Positions 50,623 through 60,550 of a stretch of DNA of 64,000 bases are shown in pieces (within the stretch, counting starts at the first letter, position 1; the number at the start of each line of letters is the position of its first letter). The DNA comes from an uncultured Acidobacteriaceae bacterium. GTDB lineage: Bacteria; Acidobacteriota; Terriglobia; Terriglobales; Acidobacteriaceae. The stretch lies in contig CAVVBT010000005.1 in the NCBI GenBank assembly GCA_963746625.1, forward strand, positions 97,384 through 161,383. Direction: 5' to 3'. The notes under the pieces were generated by a model that was not told the DNA's origin, did no database searches, and saw only the letters and a program-made list of their open reading frames with translations. The translations under genes and the position numbers were made by a program.

Positions 50623-51909
50623 ATGACCAACGGTTCGCAGGATGTCATCGTCATCGGCGCGGGAATGGCCGGGCTGACCGCAGCACGCGCTTTAGCAGAG
50701 GCTGGGCTGAAGGTTCTTGTCATTGAGGCACAGGACCGGATTGGGGGGCGAATCTGGACGCGGCGCATCGGCGACGAGGCAATCGAGCTGGGTGCGGAGT
50801 TCGTGCATGGCAGGCCGCCGGAGTTGTGGGCACTCATTGACGAGGCAGGCATTGAGACGTACGAGCGAAGCGGTGCGCAAGTTTGCTTTGAAGACGGAGC
50901 TCTGAATGATTGCGGCCACGAGATGGAGGATGTCTTCGATCCGCTGGAAAAGCTGGAGAGCTTTGCCGGCCCAGACCTTAGTTTCGCCGAATACCTCGAT
51001 CGCGAGGGCGTGCCCGAGGAGGATCGCGCGGCCATGATCGGTTACGTCGAGGGCTTCAACGCTGCCGACCATCGCGAGATCAGCGCACTGTCGCTGGGGG
51101 TGCAGCAGAAGGCCGAAGACGCGACCGGCAGCGATCACAACTACCACATCCGCGGCGGCTACGATCAGCTTCCGGCCTTTCTGGCGGGAAGACTGGAACA
51201 GTCTGGCGGCAGAGCGTTGATGGGAACGCCCGTCACCGAAATTCGCTGGCAGGAGGGGCGCGTTGAGGTCGTGACCGGCTCCGGGGTTTTTACGGCCGCG
51301 AAAGCCGTCGTCACTCTGCCCCTCGCGATTCTTCAACGTGGCGATGTAGCGATATCCCCCCGCCCCGACGCCATTCTTCAGGCTGCAGGACTGCTTCGCA
51401 TGGGACAGGCCCGCCGCTTTACTCTGTTGTTCCGCGAGCGGTTCTGGGAGAGACTGCCACCCCAGCCCGCGCTCGAGCAGCTGAGCTTCCTCTTCGCCTT
51501 CTCGGAGATGCCACCTGTGTGGTGGACCCCGCATCCGGAGCGGAGCAACAGCATTACGGGCTGGGTTGGCGGCCCTCGCTCCTCCGCGTTCGCCGAACTC
51601 GATCAGAATCAGCTGGCACAACGGGCCTGCGCCTCGCTTGCACAGATCTTCAATGTCGACGAGCACGAAATTGCCGGTCTGCTCGAAGGCTGTTACTCCC
51701 ATGATTGGCGACTTGACCGCTATGCGCTAGGCGCCTACAGCTATGTCGGGGCAGGCGGGTTGGAAGCCTCCCGGCAGATGACACACCCCGTCGCCAACAC
51801 TCTGTTCTTTGCCGGCGAACACACCGACGTGACCGGCAACTGGGGGACCGTCCACGCAGCCATGCGCTCCGGACTGAGGGCCGCCGAACAGGTTCTCTCG
51901 GCCGGCTGA
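50623..51909 (+). CDS. Flavin-containing amine oxidase family protein
   Basis: GAGMAGL, EAQDRIGGRI, LGAEFVHG, GAYSY, FAGEHT, GTVHAA..SG.RAA. Confidence 0.9.
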   Translation: MTNGSQDVIVIGAGMAGLTAARALAEAGLKVLVIEAQDRIGGRIWTRRIGDEAIELGAEFVHGRPPELWALIDEAGIETYERSGAQVCFEDGALNDCGHEMEDVFDPLEKLESFAGPDLSFAEYLDREGVPEEDRAAMIGYVEGFNAADHREISALSLGVQQKAEDATGSDHNYHIRGGYDQLPAFLAGRLEQSGGRALMGTPVTEIRWQEGRVEVVTGSGVFTAAKAVVTLPLAILQRGDVAISPRPDAILQAAGLLRMGQARRFTLLFRERFWERLPPQPALEQLSFLFAFSEMPPVWWTPHPERSNSITGWVGGPRSSAFAELDQNQLAQRACASLAQIFNVDEHEIAGLLEGCYSHDWRLDRYALGAYSYVGAGGLEASRQMTHPVANTLFFAGEHTDVTGNWGTVHAAMRSGLRAAEQVLSAG

Positions 51910-52078
51910 GCGCCAAGTCGCATAACCAGGGTCAACCTGTGCCCGCAGAAGACTTTGGATGTCCCCACACGTCTCCCGGCTGCTTTTTTCTTGTAACGAT
52001 TCTGTCAAGGCTGGTTGGGTGTAATGTGGATGGGTAAAGAGCGATACCTTCCACCCCCGAAAAGCATCTGAGGCTCAT

Positions 52079-55000
52079 ATGGCCACTACAAAATCGCTGC
52101 TGAACACTCCCGCCGACCATACTCCAAACACCCAGCTGACCATCGATGGGATCGAGGTTCCGGGCCATGCCGGCGAACTGCTGATCGATCTGCTGAACAG
52201 CCGAACGGCCGCAGGCTCTCAGAAGCCCGTACCGCATGTCTGCTACCTGCAGCAGATGGGTCCTATTGAGAGCTGCGATACCTGCATCGTTAAGGTGAAC
52301 GGCGAACTCGTCCGCGCCTGTTCGACAAGGGTGGCGGCGGGAATGAAGGTCGATACACTCAGCGAGGCGGTCGACATCGCACAGCGCGAGGCCTTCGACC
52401 GGATTTTGCAGAACCACATGCTCTACTGCACTGTCTGCGACAACAACAATGGCAACTGCACCATCCACAACACAACCAAAGATCTCGATGTAAAGCATCA
52501 GTCCCGGCCTTACACGCCGAAGCCTTACGAAAAGGACATGTCGAACCCGTTCTACCGCTATGACCCCGATCAGTGCATCCTCTGCGGGCGCTGCGTCGAG
52601 TCGTGCCAGAACGTGCAGGTCAACGAGACCCTTTCGATCGACTGGGAGAGCGACCATCCTCGGGTTCTGTGGGATGGCGGCACAAAGATCGACGGCTCCA
52701 GTTGCGTCTCCTGCGGGCACTGCGTCACCGTCTGCCCATGCAACGCGCTGATGGAAAAGTCCATGCTCGGCGAAGCGGGATATCTGACCGACACGCCGGA
52801 CAGCACGCTGCATGACATGATCGACGTCGTAAAGGGAGTCGAACCGCCGATTGGCTACGGACCGATCCTCTCGCTCTCCGAGATGGAAGCAGAGATGCGC
52901 ACCAAGCGCACGAAGATAACCAAGACCGTCTGCACCTACTGCGCGGTGGGTTGCACGTACGAAGTCTGGACGCGCGACCGCCATATTCTCAAGATCGAAC
53001 CGACCCACGGGCCGGCCAACGGCATCTCTACCTGCGTGAAGGGTAAGTTTGCCTGGGGCCACATCAACTCCGACGATCGGCTTACCAAGCCTCTGCTGCG
53101 CGATGGCGACACCTACCGCGAGATCGAGTGGAAGGAAGCCCTGGACATCATCGAGCACACCTTCAAGCGCATCAAAGCGGAGCACGGCCCTGACGCCCTG
53201 GCCTTCATCGCCTCCTCAAAATGCACCAATGAAGAGAGCTTCCTGATGCAGAAGCTTTCACGCGCCGTCATCGGGACCAACAACGTGGACAACTGCGCAC
53301 GCTACTGCCAGAACCCAGCCACCGCAGGTCTGCAGCGCACAGTCGGCTATGGCGGCGACTCGGGCTCCATCTCTGATATCGAGAAGGCCGGCCTCGTCCT
53401 CATGGTCGGTTGCAACCCCGCCGAGAACCATCCCGTGCTCTGCACTCGCGTCAAGCGCTCGCATAAACACCGCGGCCAGCGCCTCATCGTCGCCGACCTC
53501 CGCAAACACGAGATGGCCGAGCGCGCCGACATCTTCTTCCGCCCCAATCCCTCGACCGACGCCGTCTGGTTCTGTGCTGTCGCGAAGTACATTCTCGACA
53601 ACGGCCTCGCCAAGATGGACTTCGTCAACAAGTGGGTCAACAACTTCGACGCGTACAAGAAATCGCTCGAGCCATACACCCTCGAATACGCCGAAAAGGT
53701 TACTGGGGTGCCCGCTGCTACGCTCGTAACGGTGGCGAACGAGATTGCCGCAGCCGACGGTGTCTGCATCCTCTTCGCTATGGGCGTGACGCAACACTGT
53801 GGCGGCTCCGACACCGCGACGGCGCTCTCGAACCTTTTGCTCCTCACCGGCAACTACATGCGGCCCGGAGCTGGAGCCTACCCTCTACGCGGCCACAACA
53901 ACGTGCAGGGCGCCAGCGACTTCGGCTCTATGCCCAACGTCTTCTCCGGGTATCAAAAGGTCGACGACCCCGATATCCGCGCGAAGTTCGAAGCAGACTG
54001 GGGCGTCACCCTGCCCACCTCAACGGGCAAAGACAACCATGAGATGATCGAAGCCATTCTTGAAGGCTCGATCAAGTCGTTGTACATCAAGGGCGAAGAC
54101 ACTATCACCTCGGACTCGAACGCAAACTATGTCGGCTCGGCTCTAGAAAAAGTAGAGTTCCTGATCGTGCAGGACATCAACTTCTCTGAGACCGCGATGT
54201 TCGCCGACCTGGTATTGCCGGCCTGCGCCTCCCTCGAAAAAGAAGGCACGTTCACAAGCACTGAACGCCGCATTCAGCGACTCTACAAAGCGATGGACCC
54301 GCCCGGCGAAGCGAAGGCCGACTGGGAGATCATTCAGCTCATCGCCAATCGCATGGGCGGCAACTGGAATTACACACATCCCTCCGACGTAATGGACGAA
54401 GTCGCACGCCTCACGCCTCTCTTCGCCGGAGTCTCACTATGACCGCCTCGAAGGCTTCAAGAGCCTCCAGTGGCCCGTACATGCCGACGGCACCGACTCG
54501 CCTCTGCTCTTCACCGAGAAATTCCCGTTCCCAGACGGCAAGGCAAAGTTCTACCCCACCGAATACATTCCTCCGAGCGAAGAGACCAGCAGTGTCTACG
54601 ATCTTCACCTCAACAACGGCCGCCTGCTCGAGCACTTCGAACAGGGCAGCATGACCTATCGCACCGAGGGCATCAAGGAGATAACACCGACCAACTGGGT
54701 CGAGGTCTCGCCCGAGCTGGCTGCAGAACGCGGGATCACAACCGGCCGCTACGTTCAGGTGACCTCGCCGCACGGCAAGGTGCGCGTGCAGGTTCTCGTC
54801 TCTGAGCGCGTCCAGGGCAAGCAGCTCTATATGCCGCTCAACTCCATCGAAGAGCCGGTCAACCGCCTCACGAGCAGCTTCACCGATCGCGCCACACACA
54901 CGCCTGCGTTCAAGGAAACAGCTGTCAACATGACGGTGCTGCCGGAGCAAGGTGAGAATCCGCTGCCCCGCCGGAACTTCCGTTATGGCACCCGGACACC

Positions 55001-55106
55001 TCAACCCGGCCTCGAGATCGAGCGCAAGTGGGCGCGGGCCGACTACCATCTGCCCGGCACCTCACCCCGCGACAAGCTCGTACAGATCACCTCCACCACC
55101 GTCTAG
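52079..55106 (+). CDS. Molybdopterin formate dehydrogenase alpha subunit, YjgC/ForC-like; +1 frameshift near 54437
   Basis: N-terminal 2Fe-2S and 4Fe-4S motifs (C..C..C..C pairs), CTYCAVGC, NNVDNCARYCQ, LRGHNNVQG; molydop-binding C-domain in the next frames. Confidence 0.9.
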
Positions 55107-55133
55107 CCTCGCTGCCGTCGAAGGAGTTTTGTT

Positions 55134-55613
55134 ATGGCCAAGCCCATCGCATTCAAGCCCGCCACGTTTGACTTCAAGAGCGATCTGCAGAAGCGCATCG
55201 AGAAGGCGCCCGAGGAACACGCCGCGGCCGTGCTCGCCGCCTACGACATTCTCGAGGCAGCCTATGACCAGGGCCTGCTCGACATCCTGCACGGCATGAT
55301 CGCCTCGAAAGACAAGATCATCGGCACGATGGCCCATTACGCCAAGGAGCCAGAAGGCATCGCCGGCATCCGCAACTTGCTGACGGCCGCTAAGATCCTC
55401 ACCGAACTCAACCCCGAGGTGCTCGACCACGCCTCGAAAGCCATGTCCAGCGCCACCGAGGAGCATCAGCGGGAGCAGACGCCGCCTAGTCTCTGGCAAA
55501 TCTTCAAGCGCGCTACAAGCGAAGACAGCCGCCGAGGAATCTCCTTCCTCACCCTGCTCCTCTCTGGCTTCGGCAAGTCCCTGAAAGATGGCAGCCACTC
55601 AAATCCACACTAA
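55134..55613 (+). CDS. DUF1641 protein (YjgD/ForE-like FDH partner)
   Basis: Directly after fdh; L..L...GLLD.L.G; SLWQIFK..TSEDSRRGI.FL..LL..FG. Confidence 0.8.
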   Translation: MAKPIAFKPATFDFKSDLQKRIEKAPEEHAAAVLAAYDILEAAYDQGLLDILHGMIASKDKIIGTMAHYAKEPEGIAGIRNLLTAAKILTELNPEVLDHASKAMSSATEEHQREQTPPSLWQIFKRATSEDSRRGISFLTLLLSGFGKSLKDGSHSNPH

Positions 55614-55628
55614 CGGAGAACGGTTACG

Positions 55629-55913
55629 ATGCACTTCTTCCTCAAGCTGGTACCCTGCCGGCCCACCTTCGCGCAAGACATGTCTCCCGAAGAGCGATCC
55701 ATCATGCAGCAGCACGTCGGCTATTGGACAGAGGTGATGAAGCAAGGCAAAGTCCACGTCTTTGGCCCAGTCTTCGATCCGAATGGCGCATACGGCATGG
55801 GGGTCATTGAGATGGAGAGCGACGCGGAGGTCAATGAATTTGTCGCTGGGGATCCAGCCTCGAAGATCAACCACTACGAGGTCTATCCCATGAGAGCTGT
55901 GCTTCCCTCCTGA
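55629..55913 (+). CDS. YciI-like protein
   Basis: QQHVGYW, GPVFDP.GAYG, DPA...N.YEV.PM. Confidence 0.75.
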   Translation: MHFFLKLVPCRPTFAQDMSPEERSIMQQHVGYWTEVMKQGKVHVFGPVFDPNGAYGMGVIEMESDAEVNEFVAGDPASKINHYEVYPMRAVLPS

Positions 55914-55958
55914 TCGCAGCGGCCACATCGTCCGGTTCCGCTGTGTTCAAATAAATCT

Positions 55959-56786
55959 GTGAATCACCCCTTCAAGATCGGCAATATCTCTATCGGCGGA
56001 GGCAAGCTCTTTCTTATCGCCGGCCCCTGTGTCATCGAATCTGAACAGCACGCCCGCATGATGGCCGACTCCATCCAACGCATTACCTCGGACCTCGGCG
56101 TCCCGTACATCTTCAAGGCCAGCTACGACAAGGCGAACCGCACCTCCATCAAGAGTTTTCGCGGCCCCGGCATAGCCGAAGGCACTCGCATCCTTAGCGC
56201 CATTCGCAAAGACACCGGCCTTCCCGTCCTTACTGACGTCCACACCGCTGTAGATTGCGGCGCAGTGGCCGAAGCCGTCGATATTCTCCAGATTCCCGCT
56301 TTCCTGTGCCGTCAGACTGACCTCCTCATCGCCGCGGCCGAGGCCACAGCAAAGACCGGAGGCGCAATCAACGTGAAGAAGGGCCAGTTCGTTGCCCCTT
56401 GGGACATGCGCCACGCCGTCGAGAAGATCCGCGAGAGTGGCAATCCGCGCGTCTTCCTCACGGAGCGCGGCGCCAGCTTCGGCTACAACAACCTCGTCGT
56501 CGATATGCGCTCGCTCCCCATCATGCGTGCCTTTGCGCCGGTCGTCTTTGACGGCACCCACTCGGTGCAGACCCCCTCGGCTGCAAACGGGGTTAGCGGA
56601 GGCCAGCCCGAGTTTATCCCTGTTCTCACGCGTGCTGCCGTGGCCGCAGGCGTTGACGGAGTTTTCCTTGAAGTCCACAACGACCCGCCGAATGCAAAAT
56701 CCGATGGAGCCAACGCGCTCCACCTGAATCACCTCAAAGCCACCCTGGAACAGCTCCTCGCCATTCACAAAGCCGTCAACCCCTAG
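55959..56786 (+). CDS. kdsA: KDO8P synthase
   Basis: AGPCVIES, FKASYDKANRTS, QIPAFLCRQTD, NVKKGQF, ERG.SFGY, DGTHSVQ. Confidence 0.95.
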   Translation: MNHPFKIGNISIGGGKLFLIAGPCVIESEQHARMMADSIQRITSDLGVPYIFKASYDKANRTSIKSFRGPGIAEGTRILSAIRKDTGLPVLTDVHTAVDCGAVAEAVDILQIPAFLCRQTDLLIAAAEATAKTGGAINVKKGQFVAPWDMRHAVEKIRESGNPRVFLTERGASFGYNNLVVDMRSLPIMRAFAPVVFDGTHSVQTPSAANGVSGGQPEFIPVLTRAAVAAGVDGVFLEVHNDPPNAKSDGANALHLNHLKATLEQLLAIHKAVNP

Positions 56787-56818
56787 TCCTGCCGGACGGG
56801 CGCCCTGCGCGGGCGGCG

Positions 56819-56960
56819 GCCACTTCGTGGCGGGTATACCGCCTTCGGCTAGCCCTACTGTTGGAACCCCAAGGTCCGCTCGCGACCATCGGGAGCGCCA
56901 CGCGAAGCGGTATACAGCACGAAGTGCGCGCCACGCGAAGCGGTACACAGTACGAAGTAC
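56819..56960. repeat. BIME-like cluster: two tandem 33-bp units plus one inverted unit built from GAA-loop mini-hairpins
   Basis: 56895-56927 and 56928-56960 are direct repeats with 3 mismatches; inverted copy at 56819-56849. Confidence 0.8.
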
Positions 56961-56961
56961 C

Positions 56962-56988
56962 AAAAAAACGGCCCCTCAATGAGGGGCC
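56962..56988 (-). terminator. Rho-independent terminator (ompA side)
   Basis: ggcccctc-aat-gaggggcc with an A7 run on + (T7 on -). Confidence 0.75.
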
Positions 56989-57100
56989 AATCTGCCTTGG
57001 TTCTCTCTGGTTAGGAGAGGTTTTTGCGAGTGCGATCTAAGCCGCTATCTCTGCAAACTTGCGGGCGGTATAACCGGAGCCATACCGCCCTGGGGGAGGG

Positions 57101-58009
57101 CTACTGGTTCACCACCTGGGGCGAACTAACTCCCGTCTGGGAGGTCTTTGGTCCAGCGTTGTTGGATGCATTGTTTCCACCCATCGTCGCCAGACTGTTA
57201 TGCAACAACGTCACGCGAACGCCATTTGTGAATGCCGTCTCTCCATCAGCCGGCTTCTCGGTGTTCTTGCCAAGCCCCGTGCGATAGATGCGGTACATGG
57301 GCACCTGATGCTCAGTCACGAGGTAGCGAACCACCGAGTCAGCCATTGCCTGCGAGGTCTGCACCCCGGCGCGGCTGTAACCCTGCACCTCGATGATGTA
57401 TCCCTTCTCGCCCGCCAGCGTCGTCGCCAGCGCATCCAGATCCGACTTGCCCGTCGGTCCCAGTGCCGTCCGGCCCGCGGCAAACTTCACCGAAGTCGAG
57501 GAGACTGTCTGGTACTGGTCCAGATTGCCGACCGTGTTTCCAAGCGCATCCGTGCGGGTGCTGGCATTTCCCGCCAACTGGTTCGCTGCATTCGCGCGGT
57601 TCGCTGCGTCCTGAGCATGCTGATCAGCAGTGTTTGCCGTGTTCATCGCGTTCTTGATGCCGGCCTGTGCACGGGAATCGACGTCCCGAATATCGTTTGC
57701 GTTCTTCGCCTGCAGCTGATCAAGCTCGTTCACCTGGTCCTTGATCGGGGCGGTCTGCCTGTTTACCCACTTCTTGCGGGCAAACGGGTTCATATGACCC
57801 CAGAAGCCTTCCTTCGACTGATCCTGCAGCGGCTTGCCCGTTGCATAACTGGAGTTGTCGGTTGGGGTCGCCGTGCTGGACGAGGTCGTTGCAGGCTGGT
57901 CGTTCGTCGTCTGCGTCGGAGGGGCGCTTGTCTGCGCGAAGGCCGAAACGCCCAACGCACTTCCAAGAACCAGGACTGGGAGGCCAAAAGTGGTTCCAGA
58001 TTTCATCAT
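57101..58009 (-). CDS. OmpA family protein with N-terminal coiled/alanine-rich region
   Basis: Signal peptide; C-terminal OmpA-like domain (VKFAAGRTAL, IEVQGY, SVVRYL, GLGK). Confidence 0.8.
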   Translation of the reverse strand: MMKSGTTFGLPVLVLGSALGVSAFAQTSAPPTQTTNDQPATTSSSTATPTDNSSYATGKPLQDQSKEGFWGHMNPFARKKWVNRQTAPIKDQVNELDQLQAKNANDIRDVDSRAQAGIKNAMNTANTADQHAQDAANRANAANQLAGNASTRTDALGNTVGNLDQYQTVSSTSVKFAAGRTALGPTGKSDLDALATTLAGEKGYIIEVQGYSRAGVQTSQAMADSVVRYLVTEHQVPMYRIYRTGLGKNTEKPADGETAFTNGVRVTLLHNSLATMGGNNASNNAGPKTSQTGVSSPQVVNQ

Positions 58010-58243
58010 GTCTTCTTCTCCTTGTCTCAACGAGTGAGCCTGCATTCAGGCTTCGACTTGCCTTGACTAGAGCAGTTCCCATGCCAAACTCACGAAACCA
58101 CCTAAACCGCTATGGACAAATGATTTACAGCGAATTGCCGATTAGCGGCAACAGGGAGTTTCGTGCCAACTTCAGCAAAATCTTCCGGAGGCCCGGTAAC
58201 TCTTTCTGGGAGTTACCCGGTCTCATCTACCCTGTGAATCCAG

Positions 58244-58846
58244 CTATTTCGTCTCTACCCCAATCACCCGAATCTCCGGCAACTGCATATTCCAGTTTGC
58301 CGGAATCGCCTCGAAGATCAGCCTGAAATCCTGCCCGTCCCCCGCCTTCAGGGGCGCCGCGCTGACCGGTTGGGTGTCGACGTAGGGCTCCCGTGTCCGG
58401 ATCAACGACAGCGGCAGAGTGTAGATCTGGGGCGGCATCGCCTCGTCATTGCGAAAGATAGTCTGCACCGTCACGCCCGTGACCGTTCGGTTCCCCGTGT
58501 TCTGAATATGCCCGTCGATGTAGGTCGATTTGCCTCCCGAAAGACTCGTCGACTCGCTCATCGCAAGCTGCGACAGCGGCAGGGTGGCCGCATAATCCGC
58601 CAACGGCTGCACCGTAGTCGGCAGCGTGGACTTATGCCTTCCCGCCATCACCAGCGCCACCAGGGCCACTAACACCACGAGCCCGGCCACGCCCCACGCC
58701 ATCGCGGGAATTCCCCCGCTCTCCGCCGGCTTCGTCGAGAACATCTGGTTGTCTTTCTGCGGACCTGCAGTCGTTGATGGTGTCTTTGCGGAGGAGTCGT
58801 CTGGCCGATGGAGTTCACTCATAAGCCGAAATTTTATACCCCTCAA
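58244..58846 (-). CDS. DUF2393/FxLYD-like single-TM protein
   Basis: One TM helix; YIDGHIQNTGNRTVTGVTV, APLKAG...FRLIFE. Confidence 0.7.
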   Translation of the reverse strand: MRGIKFRLMSELHRPDDSSAKTPSTTAGPQKDNQMFSTKPAESGGIPAMAWGVAGLVVLVALVALVMAGRHKSTLPTTVQPLADYAATLPLSQLAMSESTSLSGGKSTYIDGHIQNTGNRTVTGVTVQTIFRNDEAMPPQIYTLPLSLIRTREPYVDTQPVSAAPLKAGDGQDFRLIFEAIPANWNMQLPEIRVIGVETK

Positions 58847-59016
58847 TCAACTCCAGCCCGGCCGCGCCCGATCGCGACGATCACGGTAAGTACATCGCGG
58901 GAGGAATCAACCCCGTTCCCTCAGGCAGATGTTCGCAGTTTTTTCATCAAAGATCGGAACTTCATAGTGCAATATCGCGTTAACGAACATCTAAGTTATG
59001 TAAGCCATTCTCCCCG

Positions 59017-59202
59017 ATGCACCTAAGGCCGATCATGAATACCCCGAACGCAAGAACGCCAGTTCCGACCACTGAGCTTCCATCGAGCCTGTTGCCGGTT
59101 GCGCCAGCTTCCGAAAAGGCGTCAAGCATAATGACATCCGACCGCCTTTACCAACTCGCCGCGCTGACCGCGGGCGCGTTCCTTCTGGCGACGCTGCTCT
59201 AA
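59017..59202 (+). CDS. Small protein with C-terminal hydrophobic helix
   Basis: Ends DRLYQLAALTAGAFLLATLL; start uncertain. Confidence 0.5.
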   Translation: MHLRPIMNTPNARTPVPTTELPSSLLPVAPASEKASSIMTSDRLYQLAALTAGAFLLATLL

Positions 59203-59221
59203 CGGGCCTGTAATAGGACGT

Positions 59222-59977
59222 CTAGGCGAAACTTGCCCGTTTCACCTTCTGCCGGAAATCCTCTCCCTGCATCTCAACCACAACACACATCTCTTGCAAT
59301 CTGGATCGCATGCGTTCGCCGATGCGATCGCCCAGCGTCTCCTCGCGCACCAGCGTCCTGCCGCCAGCCTCGGTCCCCAGCGGACCTGCATTCGCGTAGT
59401 TCGTCGTGATGATCGTGGTTCTGCGGTCGTTGTAGCGGGTATTGAGAATGTGCGCCACCGTATCCCACACCCAGTCGGTCGGCTTCGACGCGCCAAGTTC
59501 ATCAAGCACCAGCACCTCAGCCTCAAACACCGGCCGCAGTACCTCAAGCTCCGTCTCACGCACCTGCGCGTTGTAGCTGTTCTGCACCTGCTTCAATAAA
59601 TCACGATAGTCATAGAACAATCCCGTCGCCCCGCGCTCCGCCACCAGCGCCTGCAGAATCCCCACCGCCAAGTGTGTCTTACCTACGCCAATTGAGCCCG
59701 TCAGCAGAAGCCCCCTCCCATCGTTCTCCAGCGGGTAGCTCTCGATAAACTTTCTTGCCGTCAGCAGGGCCCGACCCTGCGATCTGTGCGAGTACGGCAG
59801 GTCGGTATCGTAGTTCTCCAGCGTGCAGTGCTCGTATCGCCGTGGAATATGCGCCCGCCCCAGCATCCGCGCTGCCCGACGCTCCACCCGGCAGACGCAT
59901 TCCCGGGCAAACTGGCGCCCGTCTTCCTGGATCACCCGTAGCCCCGAACCACCGCAAATCGAACAAACTTCACTCAT
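59222..59977 (-). CDS. IstB/DnaC-like AAA+ ATPase with N-terminal Zn-binding motif
   Basis: CSICGGSG...ECVC, Walker A GSIGVGKTHL, Walker B LVLDELG, RYN...TIITTN, RMRSRLQEM. Confidence 0.88.
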   Translation of the reverse strand: MSEVCSICGGSGLRVIQEDGRQFARECVCRVERRAARMLGRAHIPRRYEHCTLENYDTDLPYSHRSQGRALLTARKFIESYPLENDGRGLLLTGSIGVGKTHLAVGILQALVAERGATGLFYDYRDLLKQVQNSYNAQVRETELEVLRPVFEAEVLVLDELGASKPTDWVWDTVAHILNTRYNDRRTTIITTNYANAGPLGTEAGGRTLVREETLGDRIGERMRSRLQEMCVVVEMQGEDFRQKVKRASFA

Positions 59978-60187
59978 AGCCGTCCATCCAGTATCGCAGC
60001 ACCTGAATCCAACTACCCCCTGTGCGAATCTAGGATAATCAGATAAACTTAAAGGACTGCTGGCAAAGCCTCCTTACCGGGGCATAAGCGGCGGCGCGAC
60101 AGGCACTTCGATGTGACGTGAGCTCTACCGTTGCAAGCGATCCGCGCTCCCGGACGGCAGAAAAATTTCAGGAAAAGGATTATCACT

Positions 60188-60424
60188 ATGCCAAAAGAAG
60201 GAATTCACCCGAAGTACCAAACCATCAACGTCAAGTGCGCCTGCGGAACTCACTTTGAGACCCGCTCGACGCACAAGGGCGACATCGTCCTCGAAATCTG
60301 CTCCGCCTGCCACCCGTTCTTCACCGGCAAGCAGAAGCTGGTCGACACCGCAGGCCGTGTCGAGCGCTTCCGCCGCAAGTTCGCCAAGTCCGACGCCGGC
60401 AAGGCCGAAGCCGCAGCCAAGTAA
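60188..60424 (+). CDS. rpmE: 50S ribosomal protein L31 (Zn-binding type)
   Basis: [38 protein letters not shown]. Confidence 0.97.
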   Translation: MPKEGIHPKYQTINVKCACGTHFETRSTHKGDIVLEICSACHPFFTGKQKLVDTAGRVERFRRKFAKSDAGKAEAAAK

Positions 60425-60447
60425 ACGGAGCGATCAACCTCAACCAG

Positions 60448-60479
60448 GGCCTCCGCTCAAAACGGAGGCCTTTATATTT
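60448..60479 (+). terminator. Rho-independent terminator of rpmE
   Basis: ggcctccg-ctcaaaa-cggaggcc followed by tttatattt. Confidence 0.75.
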
Positions 60480-60550
60480 CTAGCCACCCCTTATGAAGAA
60501 GCGCTACACCCTCGAGCAGAAACGCTGGGACTCACCCCGTCGAGCACGCC

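Noticed and set aside
51914-51941. dif-like left arm AAGTCGCATAA near the skew switch
   Set aside because: No TTATG XerD arm after the 6-bp spacer
53280-53320. Selenocysteine in formate dehydrogenase
   Set aside because: The active-site codon is TGC (Cys); the TGA at 54440 results from a +1 frameshift
56895-56960. CRISPR array
   Set aside because: Two adjacent units with no spacers and no cas genes; no CRISPR array was seen anywhere in the window
5658-57100. KOPS-like GGGNAGGG polarity pointing to the terminus
   Set aside because: The few instances I found (5658 +, about 31866 -, 57093 +) do not show consistent orientation
58979-59006. dif-like site (TTATGTAAGCC right arm)
   Set aside because: The left arm GTTAACGAACA does not resemble a XerC arm, and the site lies in a divergent promoter outside the skew-switch zone
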